Source: a virus
Lineage: Duplodnaviria > Caudoviricetes
IMG/VR virus record: IMGVR_UViG_3300030376_002948
Span: 1 to 39,088 of that record
Reading direction: 5' to 3' (one strand)
Length of the DNA: 39,088 nt
Shown: piece by piece, positions 1 through 9,310 of the stretch
Numbering within the stretch: the stretch's first letter is position 1
How the letters are laid out: every line of letters begins with the position of its first letter
Notes under the pieces: generated by a model
Database searches by the model: none
Told to the model about the DNA's origin: nothing
What the model saw: the letters and a program-made list of their open reading frames with translations, nothing else
Program-made: the position numbers and the translations under genes

Positions 1-351
1 ATCAATAATTTAGACCTCGACCAATCTGATAAAGATACACTATTAGATGCTTTATTAGACCTCGAAACTGTAACCGAAGCCGGAATGAAGAACCGTTCAG
101 TCGGCGCATTAACACTTCTCATAAGAAGGTTTGGTTCTGGTGCAGGTGCATCAGCTGGGGCAATGTTAGGTGGAGGTGTTGGTGCGGCAGTTGGCGCAAC
201 AGCTGTCCCAAAATCTTTTGAGGCTATTGCCCAGCGTATAGATAGCTTTCTAAAGCTTAACAGACCAAAAGTTCTCAAGAGAGTAGAGCAACGTCGTAAG
301 GCTGCGGAGCTAATAGGGCGTGATTATGGTAACACTCCAAAAGACCTAGCT
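1..351. repeat. Terminal direct repeat (copy 1); circular-assembly overlap
   Basis: 1-351 (atcaataatttagacc...gacctagct) matches 38736-39086. It falls inside one continuous ORF, so it is an assembly overlap rather than a packaging DTR. Confidence 0.93.
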
Positions 352-3300
352 GACCTCATACAAAGATTACTTGAACAGCAGGTAGCCGTTAACACAAAGC
401 AGGACAAACAGACTGTAGACCCAGAAGTACAAAAGCTTACTGACTATTTAAATGAAATAGGTGCGCCACGAGCTGGTGGATGGCTTGAGACTGTTAGGCA
501 ATATGTTCAGAAGGCTGTAGAAGGATTTGGAGTTGCGGTAACACAAGAAGATATACTTGCCACAATTGCACGACTTCAAGAAATAGGAATGTTAAGTCAG
601 GAAACAGCTGACGACCTTGCTCTTAATCGTGGTGGTCAAATTACCATTCCTAAATTGATGCAGTTGTTAACTGACGCAACACTTGCTTCTGTAAGAGAAC
701 GTGCAGGTATAAAGCCCGACCCTGAAGCTCAGGCAGATGCTAATGCGGCAGCGCAAAATGCTCAGTCACGACGAGACGCTAGAATACAACAAGGTATAGA
801 AGACAATCGCCGGGTTCTTGATGCATCCAAAACAGCCCTCGAAGCCAACAACAAAATACCAAAAGCAGATAAGGCTAAACTAAGTGTTGCTCTAGAAAAC
901 ATGAGGCTCGACCTTGGGCGTAACCCGGTTGAAGCCATACAGAATATTGTTAAAGACTTACGCAAAAGCGGTGTCGATGAAGCCTCTATTCAGGCTTACA
1001 TTCTGCCTTATGCAACTCGGGTCGCACAGCAACAACAACAGAATGATGTCGTTTTTTCTCAAGTAGACCCTATACCAGAAGTTGAGACTGCCCCTGCAAG
1101 TAATCCTAATCGTATATCCACTAGTCGCACTGAGGCGGCTAGAGACCCAATCGATAGTTTTAATGAAGAACGTCAGATTAGTGTTTCATTGTTTGAAGAT
1201 AACCCGACAGTATTTGACAAAATCTACAACAAGGTTCGTTCGACTGTTATCGGCATGGGTAAACTGGCTAAAGATAATAAACAATTCGCTATAGACTACA
1301 AAAACCATATCAAAGACAACCTTAGGTTTTTATATGAGCAGACTTTGCCGGAGTATCGTGAACGTGCAAAGCAGTGGTATGTTGGCGCAAACAAATTAGC
1401 TCAAGGTTTGGCAGACCAGTATAATTTAAAGTTAGAACAATCTGCGGCGGTTCTTGCCGCACTGTCACCTCAGCTTGATTGGTTCTTAAATTATGAGCTT
1501 GGTCGTCGAGTGATAGACATTCACGAAACCCAGCAAGATACAGTTTTTGAGGGTGCTGTTTGGGATGCCGCCCAAGACTATGTCAACGACATGAAAGACA
1601 AAACAAAAAGAAACAAAATAGATAAAGCTAACGCTCAAGATATTATTGATAGCGGTAAAGGTAAGCCACTTAGAGATTTAAACGCTATGGAGGCGGCATA
1701 TTTCATCCGTTTTTATAACGAAGTTAATCAAAATCAAGTCATAAACATCATTACACCTGAAGGCGATGTTGGTGATTTACAAATGAATGACGATGGAGTT
1801 ACACCAACTACAGGTGGTTGGAATAGTGGCTTCGCAATGATAGCTAAAGGCGTAAAGGTTTTAAGAGACCCATCACGTCTTACTATACATTATAGCCTCG
1901 GTGAGAAACACAAGGTCAGAAGTTTCTATAATAATATCTTAGACCCTAACTCTCTCATGGGTGATGTAACCATTGATACTCACGCAGTTGCGGCGGCATT
2001 GTTAAGACCTCTATCGGGCAACTCCTTACCAGTAGCACATAACTTTAAAGACGCAGGGACGAGTGCAGTACTTGGCGTTTTCGGTTCTTATGCCGTTTAT
2101 GCTGATGCCTACAGAGAGTTAGCTGATGAGCTTGGTATACTACCAAGAGAATTACAAAGCATAACATGGGAAGCGGCTCGTGGTTTGTTTCCTCAAAAGA
2201 AAAAACAAGACAAGACTTATCGTGACAACTTAGAGCAGATATGGCAAGATGTTGATAGCGGTAAAATTACAGCAGATGAAGCACGGAGTATAATTTATGA
2301 CACAGCCGGGGGCATTGACAGAGCAGACTGGGAAGACACCAAAACTCAGCCGGGAAATGCAGAGCGACCCAGTGATATCGTATCTAGTAGAGTACAACAA
2401 ACCCCTGACCCAACAGAATTACCTCTCACTAGGGTATCCGGGGATGGAGATGTCAGCGGAGTTGATGTCGAGCCTTCCGGCGTTCTTCGACGACCTACCG
2501 AAGAAGTAAACCAACAGCTGGAGTTAGACTTTGACGTCAATAGTATTCCCACCCCAACCACCACAGATGGTCAAGCGGCAAGAGAAATCAAAGAAAACCT
2601 TGAGGAAGCCGAAGCCCTCATCGAAATTGGTAAACCCGGAAGCATCTACGAAGACGGTATCAAAACCTACGACCAATTAAATGCATTACTAACAGCACTT
2701 AACCTTGCTAGTAACTTTCACGTCGTTGATAGTCGTGAAGACTTTGATAAGCTTGTCGATGCTTACGGTTCAAAGATTAATGAAGAAACCAGAGAAGGTA
2801 CAATGGGTGTTACCATTCAAAACCAAACAGATGGTTCAAAAGCTATTATAGTTATGAGACAGGGTCGTGGTGGCGATAGAATTCAAGATAGAGAATTTTT
2901 AACTATTCTTCATGAGATAGCTCACGCTATAGAATTCCAAAACAGATACCAAGGCAATGACCCACAAATCGGTTTTAGTAAACAGCCTGTTCTTAGACCG
3001 TATAACACAAGGTCGTTTGAAGGAAGTGCTACGCCGAACCAAAAATTAGCCTTTCACCCAATGTATGATGTAAGTCTAAGAGGACTACTAAATTCATATC
3101 TAAATTCTTTAGTACCTAGAGAAGTGAGTGTAAGTAGTAAGATATTAGAAACAGATACAGAAGCATTTAACAACGACCCAATAGTTAAAGAAATAAGACA
3201 AATACAAGCTGATGAAAACATAACTGTACCTGAGGGACAAAGCGGTAGAATTCGTCCGTTTCTTTCTGACAAAGATTACGGACAAGTTTACGATACAGCT

Positions 3301-3720
3301 GAAGCTATAGCGGCTACTCGTGGCGAAGAGCCTATATTAACAAGAGATGAGTTTTTAAGTGAAAAACGTCCTCTTATTACAAAACAAAGAGAAACTTATA
3401 CTGAGACCGCACCTGAATTTACTGTAGACCCTGTGTTGTTTTCTCTTGCTGAACCAAAGATAGCCAAAAAGAAATACCCGAATATCTACAAGTTTATTCA
3501 GGATGTGATGAACGGTAAAACTCCAGATGTTCTTAAAAATACAAGATTTAATAACATTAGAAGAGACACGAATATTAAGTTATACACTGCACCATTCTCA
3601 GTAATTCTAGCGGCGGTCTTATCTGCAATGGGTATGGCTGAGGACGAAGAAGAGATGCCGCCAGTAAGCCCTCCCAACAGAGGCGCACTCACGCCACAAC
3701 CCGGCGCACTATCAATCTAG
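1..3720 (+). CDS. C-terminal 1239 aa of a large internal virion/ejection (polyvalent) protein that starts at 37380
   Basis: Position 1 is in frame with the ORF-track ORF 85..3720 and with the ORF starting at ATG 37380 across the repeat. Contains WY..AAVLAALSPQ..KVRSFYNNI..VTIDTHA..QSITW and LHEIAH motifs. Last of three ejection-type genes before the terminase. Confidence 0.8.
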   Translation: MNNLDLDQSDKDTLLDALLDLETVTEAGMKNRSVGALTLLIRRFGSGAGASAGAMLGGGVGAAVGATAVPKSFEAIAQRIDSFLKLNRPKVLKRVEQRRKAAELIGRDYGNTPKDLADLIQRLLEQQVAVNTKQDKQTVDPEVQKLTDYLNEIGAPRAGGWLETVRQYVQKAVEGFGVAVTQEDILATIARLQEIGMLSQETADDLALNRGGQITIPKLMQLLTDATLASVRERAGIKPDPEAQADANAAAQNAQSRRDARIQQGIEDNRRVLDASKTALEANNKIPKADKAKLSVALENMRLDLGRNPVEAIQNIVKDLRKSGVDEASIQAYILPYATRVAQQQQQNDVVFSQVDPIPEVETAPASNPNRISTSRTEAARDPIDSFNEERQISVSLFEDNPTVFDKIYNKVRSTVIGMGKLAKDNKQFAIDYKNHIKDNLRFLYEQTLPEYRERAKQWYVGANKLAQGLADQYNLKLEQSAAVLAALSPQLDWFLNYELGRRVIDIHETQQDTVFEGAVWDAAQDYVNDMKDKTKRNKIDKANAQDIIDSGKGKPLRDLNAMEAAYFIRFYNEVNQNQVINIITPEGDVGDLQMNDDGVTPTTGGWNSGFAMIAKGVKVLRDPSRLTIHYSLGEKHKVRSFYNNILDPNSLMGDVTIDTHAVAAALLRPLSGNSLPVAHNFKDAGTSAVLGVFGSYAVYADAYRELADELGILPRELQSITWEAARGLFPQKKKQDKTYRDNLEQIWQDVDSGKITADEARSIIYDTAGGIDRADWEDTKTQPGNAERPSDIVSSRVQQTPDPTELPLTRVSGDGDVSGVDVEPSGVLRRPTEEVNQQLELDFDVNSIPTPTTTDGQAAREIKENLEEAEALIEIGKPGSIYEDGIKTYDQLNALLTALNLASNFHVVDSREDFDKLVDAYGSKINEETREGTMGVTIQNQTDGSKAIIVMRQGRGGDRIQDREFLTILHEIAHAIEFQNRYQGNDPQIGFSKQPVLRPYNTRSFEGSATPNQKLAFHPMYDVSLRGLLNSYLNSLVPREVSVSSKILETDTEAFNNDPIVKEIRQIQADENITVPEGQSGRIRPFLSDKDYGQVYDTAEAIAATRGEEPILTRDEFLSEKRPLITKQRETYTETAPEFTVDPVLFSLAEPKIAKKKYPNIYKFIQDVMNGKTPDVLKNTRFNNIRRDTNIKLYTAPFSVILAAVLSAMGMAEDEEEMPPVSPPNRGALTPQPGALSI

Positions 3721-3729
3721 GAGAAGCAC

Positions 3730-4107
3730 ATGCTTACCAAAGCATCCGACTTGGTTGTCTCGTACAGCCATATATCGGCTATTATTAATGACCAACATTT
3801 AACACCCGACCAGAAAACACTAATCCTGAAAGAAACACTTATCGACCTGCCAGCTGAACGACTTTGTACAGCTAAGAATACCCTGTCGATTATCAAGCAA
3901 CTTGTAGAGGATTATATTAATGAAAACTCAGCGAAAGAAGTCACCGCCGAAGAAGGCGAAGTTTCCGCAGAAAGCACCGAAGAACAATTACTTCAAAACG
4001 ATGATGGAGACACCGGAAGGTCGGGAGCTGAGAAAACAGTGGGCGAAGAAGCGCCGCAAAAACGCCGGGCGACCAAAAGGAACACCCGACGGATACAGAA
4101 AAGCTGA
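3730..4107 (+). CDS. Hypothetical protein overlapping TerS
   Basis: AGGAG SD upstream of ATG 3730; the 3' 188 nt overlap the TerS ORF in another frame. Confidence 0.6.
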   Translation: MLTKASDLVVSYSHISAIINDQHLTPDQKTLILKETLIDLPAERLCTAKNTLSIIKQLVEDYINENSAKEVTAEEGEVSAESTEEQLLQNDDGDTGRSGAEKTVGEEAPQKRRATKRNTRRIQKS

Positions 4108-4420
4108 AATTGAACCAATCAGGAAACAGGCAAAAAAGGATGCCGAGAGGATAGTAGAGATTATGACTGACAAGATGGATTTACCAGAGGACGAATATAG
4201 TCAGGAAGCCATGAAGACAGCTGTTGAAATCATGCGTGTCCCCGGAAGCCCGAGAGAAAGACTTTCTGCGGCACGGCTTGTTCTCGATTTCACAAAAGCC
4301 AAGCCAGCGTCAAAGGCTGAATTGAGCATATCAAAAGCTGAAGACTTTTTAAGTAGTCTTCTAGAAGAGGAAGAGCATGGACAAGAAGTTACGACAGGTC
4401 AGGAAGAAACTACTAACTGA
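3920..4420 (+). CDS. Putative terminase small subunit
   Basis: GAGG SD; basic N-terminus with GRPKG motif and a helical RERLSAARLVLD segment; immediately upstream of and overlapping TerL. Confidence 0.7.
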   Translation: MKTQRKKSPPKKAKFPQKAPKNNYFKTMMETPEGRELRKQWAKKRRKNAGRPKGTPDGYRKAEIEPIRKQAKKDAERIVEIMTDKMDLPEDEYSQEAMKTAVEIMRVPGSPRERLSAARLVLDFTKAKPASKAELSISKAEDFLSSLLEEEEHGQEVTTGQEETTN

Positions 4421-5948
4421 CTTTAGCTTCTACTCTAAAAGCGCACTTAAAATAAGAACAAAGTCGGGTGAGATAGCACCTCTTGCACTGAACGCCGCTC
4501 AGAAAATACTAGACGATGCGGTGCAAAAACAACTGCATACTGAAAAGAAGGTTCGAGTAATAATTCTAAAAGCTCGACAGCAGGGTCTGTCTACATATGT
4601 AGGCGGCTACCTGTACTTTTCTGTAAGCCAACAACCAGCTCGTAAGGCTATGGTTATTACTCACCACGCTGATAGTACTCGTGCGCTATTTGATATGACC
4701 AAAAGGTTTCACGAGCATTGCCCTGAAATACTAAAACCACACACCAAGTACTCATCTCGTCGAGAGATTACGTTTGACGTTTTGGATAGTGCCTATGTGG
4801 TTAGTACAGCTGGTGGCGACAGCATTGGTCGAGGCGAGACGCTTACACATGTCCACGCATCCGAGTTAGCGTTCTGGTCTAAAACTCAAGCCGAAGAAAA
4901 CTGGAATGGTCTCATTCAGGCAGTACCTAATGAACCCGGTACAGCGGTGTTTGTCGAAAGCACTGCTAATGGGGTGAACGGTCAGTTTTATGATTTGTGG
5001 AAGGGAGCTGTTGAAGGCACTAACGGATATGTTCCGGTCTTCATACCTTGGTTTACTGACCCTTCATACATTGAGGATGTACCCGACAACTTCGAGAGGT
5101 CACCCGAAGAAGAAGAGATATCAGAAAAGTATGACCTGAGTGATGCACAGCTGATGTTTCGTCGTCGTAAGATTGCTCAAAACGGAGCTGACTTATTTAA
5201 GCAGGAGTATCCGGCAGAGCCTGAGGAAGCATTCTTAACAACTGGTCGCCCGGTGTTTAACCCGGAGCAACTCACGGAGTGCCTTGGTGAAGTTCGTGAT
5301 ATGGATGAACGTCTAGCACTTGAAGGCGAGGACTGGGTAAACCATTCGAGAGGTGAGTTAACAACTTACATAGGTCACAGACCCGGCGAAAATTATGTAA
5401 TCGGAGCTGACGTTGCTATGGGTGTACGAGGTGGCGACTTTTCAGTTGCTCAGGTCTTAGACAGCAACAAGCGACAGGTCGCAACTTGGCGAGGTCAGGT
5501 ACATCCTGATTACTTTGCTGAGATTTTGTATGCCCTGGGTGAGTTTTATAATGATGCTTTTATCTGCGTCGAAAACAATGGTCACGGTATCTTAACGTGT
5601 ACACGGCTCGGCAAAGATATGGCTTACCCAAACTTTTACACCGAAGTCCAACACGACAAGCTTACTGACCGTGAGACTGTCAAGCTGGGTTTCTCAACAA
5701 CAGCAAAAACCAAACCAATGATTATTGACCAGCTCAGAGCATCAATGCGTGAAGAAGAGCTGGAGTTAAATGACAAAGTCACCATTCGTGAAATGCTTAC
5801 TTACATCGTTACTGAAAGCGGAGCGATGCAAGCTGACGGAGGGTGCTTTGATGATTGCGTCATGTCATTAGCCCTAGCGAATTACGTTCACGATGGTGCA
5901 TGGACACCAATTGAAAGCGGAGACGAATTTTATGTGGAAGTATTATAA
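4377..5948 (+). CDS. terL: Terminase large subunit
   Basis: Walker A-like LKARQQGLST, Walker B VHASE, coupling motif ESTANG, RNase H-like nuclease IGADVA...DDCVMS. Confidence 0.95.
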   Translation: MDKKLRQVRKKLLTDFSFYSKSALKIRTKSGEIAPLALNAAQKILDDAVQKQLHTEKKVRVIILKARQQGLSTYVGGYLYFSVSQQPARKAMVITHHADSTRALFDMTKRFHEHCPEILKPHTKYSSRREITFDVLDSAYVVSTAGGDSIGRGETLTHVHASELAFWSKTQAEENWNGLIQAVPNEPGTAVFVESTANGVNGQFYDLWKGAVEGTNGYVPVFIPWFTDPSYIEDVPDNFERSPEEEEISEKYDLSDAQLMFRRRKIAQNGADLFKQEYPAEPEEAFLTTGRPVFNPEQLTECLGEVRDMDERLALEGEDWVNHSRGELTTYIGHRPGENYVIGADVAMGVRGGDFSVAQVLDSNKRQVATWRGQVHPDYFAEILYALGEFYNDAFICVENNGHGILTCTRLGKDMAYPNFYTEVQHDKLTDRETVKLGFSTTAKTKPMIIDQLRASMREEELELNDKVTIREMLTYIVTESGAMQADGGCFDDCVMSLALANYVHDGAWTPIESGDEFYVEVL

Positions 5949-7940
5949 ATGAGTGAATACGAACCTCTCGACGATATGGATATCGTAAACCTTATCGACC
6001 AGAACATTGGAGTGTCGGTTGGTTACTACGACAGCGAACTATCGAACGAGCGAAAAGAAGTCGTTGATTATTATAATGCACACCTTCCTAAACCAGCTCA
6101 CGACGGCAACAGTAAATATTGCAGTATGGATGTTTACGATGCTGTCGAGGCGATGAAGGCGGCTTTGGTTGAGACGTTTAGTGGTGGAAACAAGATTGTT
6201 CGTTTTGCCGCAAGTTCTCCCGAAGATGTGCCTCTCGCCGAAATTGCCACAAGGTATACTGACTATGTTGCCTTTCAACAAAATGATTTATTTAGTGTTT
6301 TAAGCCAAGTTGTTCACGATGGTTTGACGGCTCGTGTTGGCATATGCAAAGTCTTCTGGGAGCAGAAAGAACGCAAGACTATGCAATACTTCGAGGACTT
6401 GTCCGAAGACGAAGTAAACGCATTACTTGCTGAAGATGACGTTGAGCTAATCGAAGAAGAAGTTGACGAGCTTGGTTTACGTTCCGGCTCAATCGAAGTC
6501 ACCAGCGATGCAAGTCAGGTAACCATCAAACCTGTTGCCCCCGAAGAATTTCTTATCGAGCCGCAAGCTAAAAGTTTAGAGGATGTCAACTTCTGTGCAT
6601 ACCGCACCAAGATGACAATCAGCGAACTTCTGGATATGGGCTACGACCCTGATGTGATTACTCGCATTGGTGACCACGAAGATGTGGACATGGACACCGA
6701 CCAAGAAGTATTGGCTCGTCACGAAGACGTTGGGCAGATAAGCAACGTAGACGTTGACGGATACCAAGAACAAGTCCGGGAGGTCATGGTGTACGAAGCG
6801 TACATCGTTATGGATGTTGAGGGGTTGGGCAAAGCCGAACTTTATCGTGTACTAAAAGCCGGAAACGCCGTACTGGAATTAGAACCAGTCAACCGGAAAC
6901 CATTCTGCAGTTTCGTTCCGCTCCCAATCCCTCACGCATTTCTTGGTTCAAACTTTGCCGACAAAGTCATTGCCACACAGAACGCTAGAACAGTTCTTAC
7001 GAGGTCGATACTTGACCACGCAATGATTACAAACAACCCACGATATACAGTGGTGAAGGGTGGGCTGACTAATCCACGAGAACTACTAGACAACCGTGTC
7101 GGCGGTATCGTCAACGTAAGCAGACCTGATGCAATCAACCCGATGCCTCAAGCTCCGTTAAACCCATTCATATTCCAAACCATCAAAATGTTAGATGAAG
7201 ATAAAGAGGACACGACTGGTGTTTCTCGTCTTTCACAAGGGTTAAATAAAGATGCACTTAGTCAACAAAATTCTGCTGCAATGGTCGAACAGCTTGCGAC
7301 AATGTCTATGCAACGTCAAAAGATTATTGCTCGAAATCTTGCCAACCAGTTTGTTAAACCTCTATTCCAAGAAATCTATACTCTTGTCGTTGAGAACGAA
7401 GAAGAAGACAAAATAATCGAGGTTGCCGGAAACTTCATACAGGTATCTACGTCGCAATGGCAGGAACGCCGGGACGTTATAGTCGAGCTGAAGCTTGGCT
7501 ACGGTGAGCAAGACCGTGAAGCTCAAAAGTACATGCAGTTGCACCAGATGTTTACTCAAGACCCCGGTCTTCAGCCAATGTACACACCACAAAACAAATA
7601 TGCTCTTGTTACGGATATGCTCGAGAAGTCAGGGATTATGAATGCCGCCGAGTATCTGACACCGCCCGACCAAATACAGCCACCTCAGCCAAGTGCTAAA
7701 GAGCAAATGGATATGCAGGTTACCGCCAAGACACTTGAGCTACAAGAAAGAAACACATCTGTAGCCGAGCAGAAAATGATGCTGGAAAGCCAAATCAAGC
7801 AAGCAGAATTACAATTAGATGCGCTCAAAGTACAAAACGACCAAGCGATTAAATCCGATAGTGTCGATTTAAAAGAGGAACAGTTCAAGCATAAGCAGCG
7901 CATTGACAATGAACGACTGTCCTTAGACCGAACCAAATAG
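5949..7940 (+). CDS. Portal protein
   Basis: 663 aa between TerL and scaffold; PEEFLIEP and acidic/Gln-rich C-terminal coiled coil typical of podovirus portals. Confidence 0.88.
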   Translation: MSEYEPLDDMDIVNLIDQNIGVSVGYYDSELSNERKEVVDYYNAHLPKPAHDGNSKYCSMDVYDAVEAMKAALVETFSGGNKIVRFAASSPEDVPLAEIATRYTDYVAFQQNDLFSVLSQVVHDGLTARVGICKVFWEQKERKTMQYFEDLSEDEVNALLAEDDVELIEEEVDELGLRSGSIEVTSDASQVTIKPVAPEEFLIEPQAKSLEDVNFCAYRTKMTISELLDMGYDPDVITRIGDHEDVDMDTDQEVLARHEDVGQISNVDVDGYQEQVREVMVYEAYIVMDVEGLGKAELYRVLKAGNAVLELEPVNRKPFCSFVPLPIPHAFLGSNFADKVIATQNARTVLTRSILDHAMITNNPRYTVVKGGLTNPRELLDNRVGGIVNVSRPDAINPMPQAPLNPFIFQTIKMLDEDKEDTTGVSRLSQGLNKDALSQQNSAAMVEQLATMSMQRQKIIARNLANQFVKPLFQEIYTLVVENEEEDKIIEVAGNFIQVSTSQWQERRDVIVELKLGYGEQDREAQKYMQLHQMFTQDPGLQPMYTPQNKYALVTDMLEKSGIMNAAEYLTPPDQIQPPQPSAKEQMDMQVTAKTLELQERNTSVAEQKMMLESQIKQAELQLDALKVQNDQAIKSDSVDLKEEQFKHKQRIDNERLSLDRTK

Positions 7941-7951
7941 GAGTGAAATAG

Positions 7952-8218
7952 GTGAGCGAACAAAACGAAGACCAACTTATCAATATTGGACTTGATGCTG
8001 AGAAGCTTCTCAACCACAAAGCGTTTAACAACGTGATTGACGGAATAGTACAAGGCACATTTCAGGCATTTGTTAATTCAAACCCTGAAGAGCCAGAAAT
8101 CCGTGAACGAAACTACAGTGCGTACCGTGCAGTAGTAGACATTGTGAATACTTTGAAGCAGCAGGTTTCAATAAAAGATGAAATAGAAAAGCGCAACAGC
8201 CGCCAAACGGAGGAGTAG
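7952..8218 (+). CDS. Small head-module protein
   Basis: GGAG SD and GTG start; located between portal and scaffold. Confidence 0.7.
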   Translation: MSEQNEDQLINIGLDAEKLLNHKAFNNVIDGIVQGTFQAFVNSNPEEPEIRERNYSAYRAVVDIVNTLKQQVSIKDEIEKRNSRQTEE

Positions 8219-8222
8219 CACC

Positions 8223-9272
8223 ATGAGTAACGTGCAAGATAATACCCCACCTGAAAGCCCTAAGCCTCTATCAGTATCAGAGGCAGGGGATGCCATTTTG
8301 TCCCGATGGGAGGACACTCCAGAAGAGGAGTTATCCGAAGTTGAACAAGAGGCGACACCCGAAGACAATCAAGAAGAGACTGAGATTGACCCGGGTGATG
8401 ATAGTGACGACAATCTAGACGAAGAAATCGTTGAAGATGATACAGACCCTGATGAAAATGACGAGGTCGAAGTCGAAGAGAATGATGACGAAGAAGATGA
8501 AGAAGCTGAAGTAATTACTGATGACGAACATCTCGTTGAGGTTCTCGTAGACGGAGAAGTCAAGAAGGCATCTGTTAAAGATTTAAAACGGCTTTATGGT
8601 CAAGAGGCATCACTAACTAAAAAGTCTCAGCAAACTGCAAAACAACGTAAAGAAGCTGATGAAGCACTTCAGAAGACTTCAGTTGTCATGCAGAGGCTAA
8701 TCGAGAAGGCACAAGAAGCCTACAAACCTTACGAGGACATCGACATGCTAGTAGCAAGTCAAGAGATGACCCGGGAGGATTTCGCTTCACTTCGTAAAGA
8801 AAGTAAACTTGCGAAGGACAACCTCGACTTTCTCACTCAAGAAGCTGAACAGTTCTACGGTGAAATTCAGGCACAGCATCAAGCCAATCTGAATGAAGCT
8901 GCGACAAATGCAGTAAAAGTATTGCGTGAGGATATACCTGACTGGTCGAATATTATGTATGACGAAATACGTCAGTATTCTGTTAGTGAGGGTTTACCCG
9001 AGCAAATGGTTAACACAATTGTTGACCCGGTTGTTATCAAGCTACTTAATAAAGCTCGTCTATATGACCAAGGCAAGAAAGTGGCTACAACAAAGAAAGC
9101 GAAAACAGTGACTAGAACTAAATCACTAAAAGCACGAAAGACACCTGAGAAGTCAGCTGATGTCGCCAAGCAAAAGCGAATAAAAGCTACTAAAGACAAT
9201 CTAAGAGCGTCAAAACGTGGAAACCACCTCGATGATATAGCCGATGCACTGATGGCACGTTGGGAGCAATAA
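8223..9272 (+). CDS. Capsid scaffolding protein
   Basis: Very acidic N-terminus, VLVDGEVKK...LKRLY...LTKKSQ motif, coiled coil, basic C-terminus; directly upstream of the capsid gene. Confidence 0.85.
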   Translation: MSNVQDNTPPESPKPLSVSEAGDAILSRWEDTPEEELSEVEQEATPEDNQEETEIDPGDDSDDNLDEEIVEDDTDPDENDEVEVEENDDEEDEEAEVITDDEHLVEVLVDGEVKKASVKDLKRLYGQEASLTKKSQQTAKQRKEADEALQKTSVVMQRLIEKAQEAYKPYEDIDMLVASQEMTREDFASLRKESKLAKDNLDFLTQEAEQFYGEIQAQHQANLNEAATNAVKVLREDIPDWSNIMYDEIRQYSVSEGLPEQMVNTIVDPVVIKLLNKARLYDQGKKVATTKKAKTVTRTKSLKARKTPEKSADVAKQKRIKATKDNLRASKRGNHLDDIADALMARWEQ

Positions 9273-9310
9273 CTTCAACTTAACTCAACTTAAAAAGGTG
9301 TTAAAATTTA

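Noticed and set aside
1-351. Terminal repeat as a biological DTR
   Set aside because: It lies mid-gene in an uninterrupted frame, as expected for assembler overlap.
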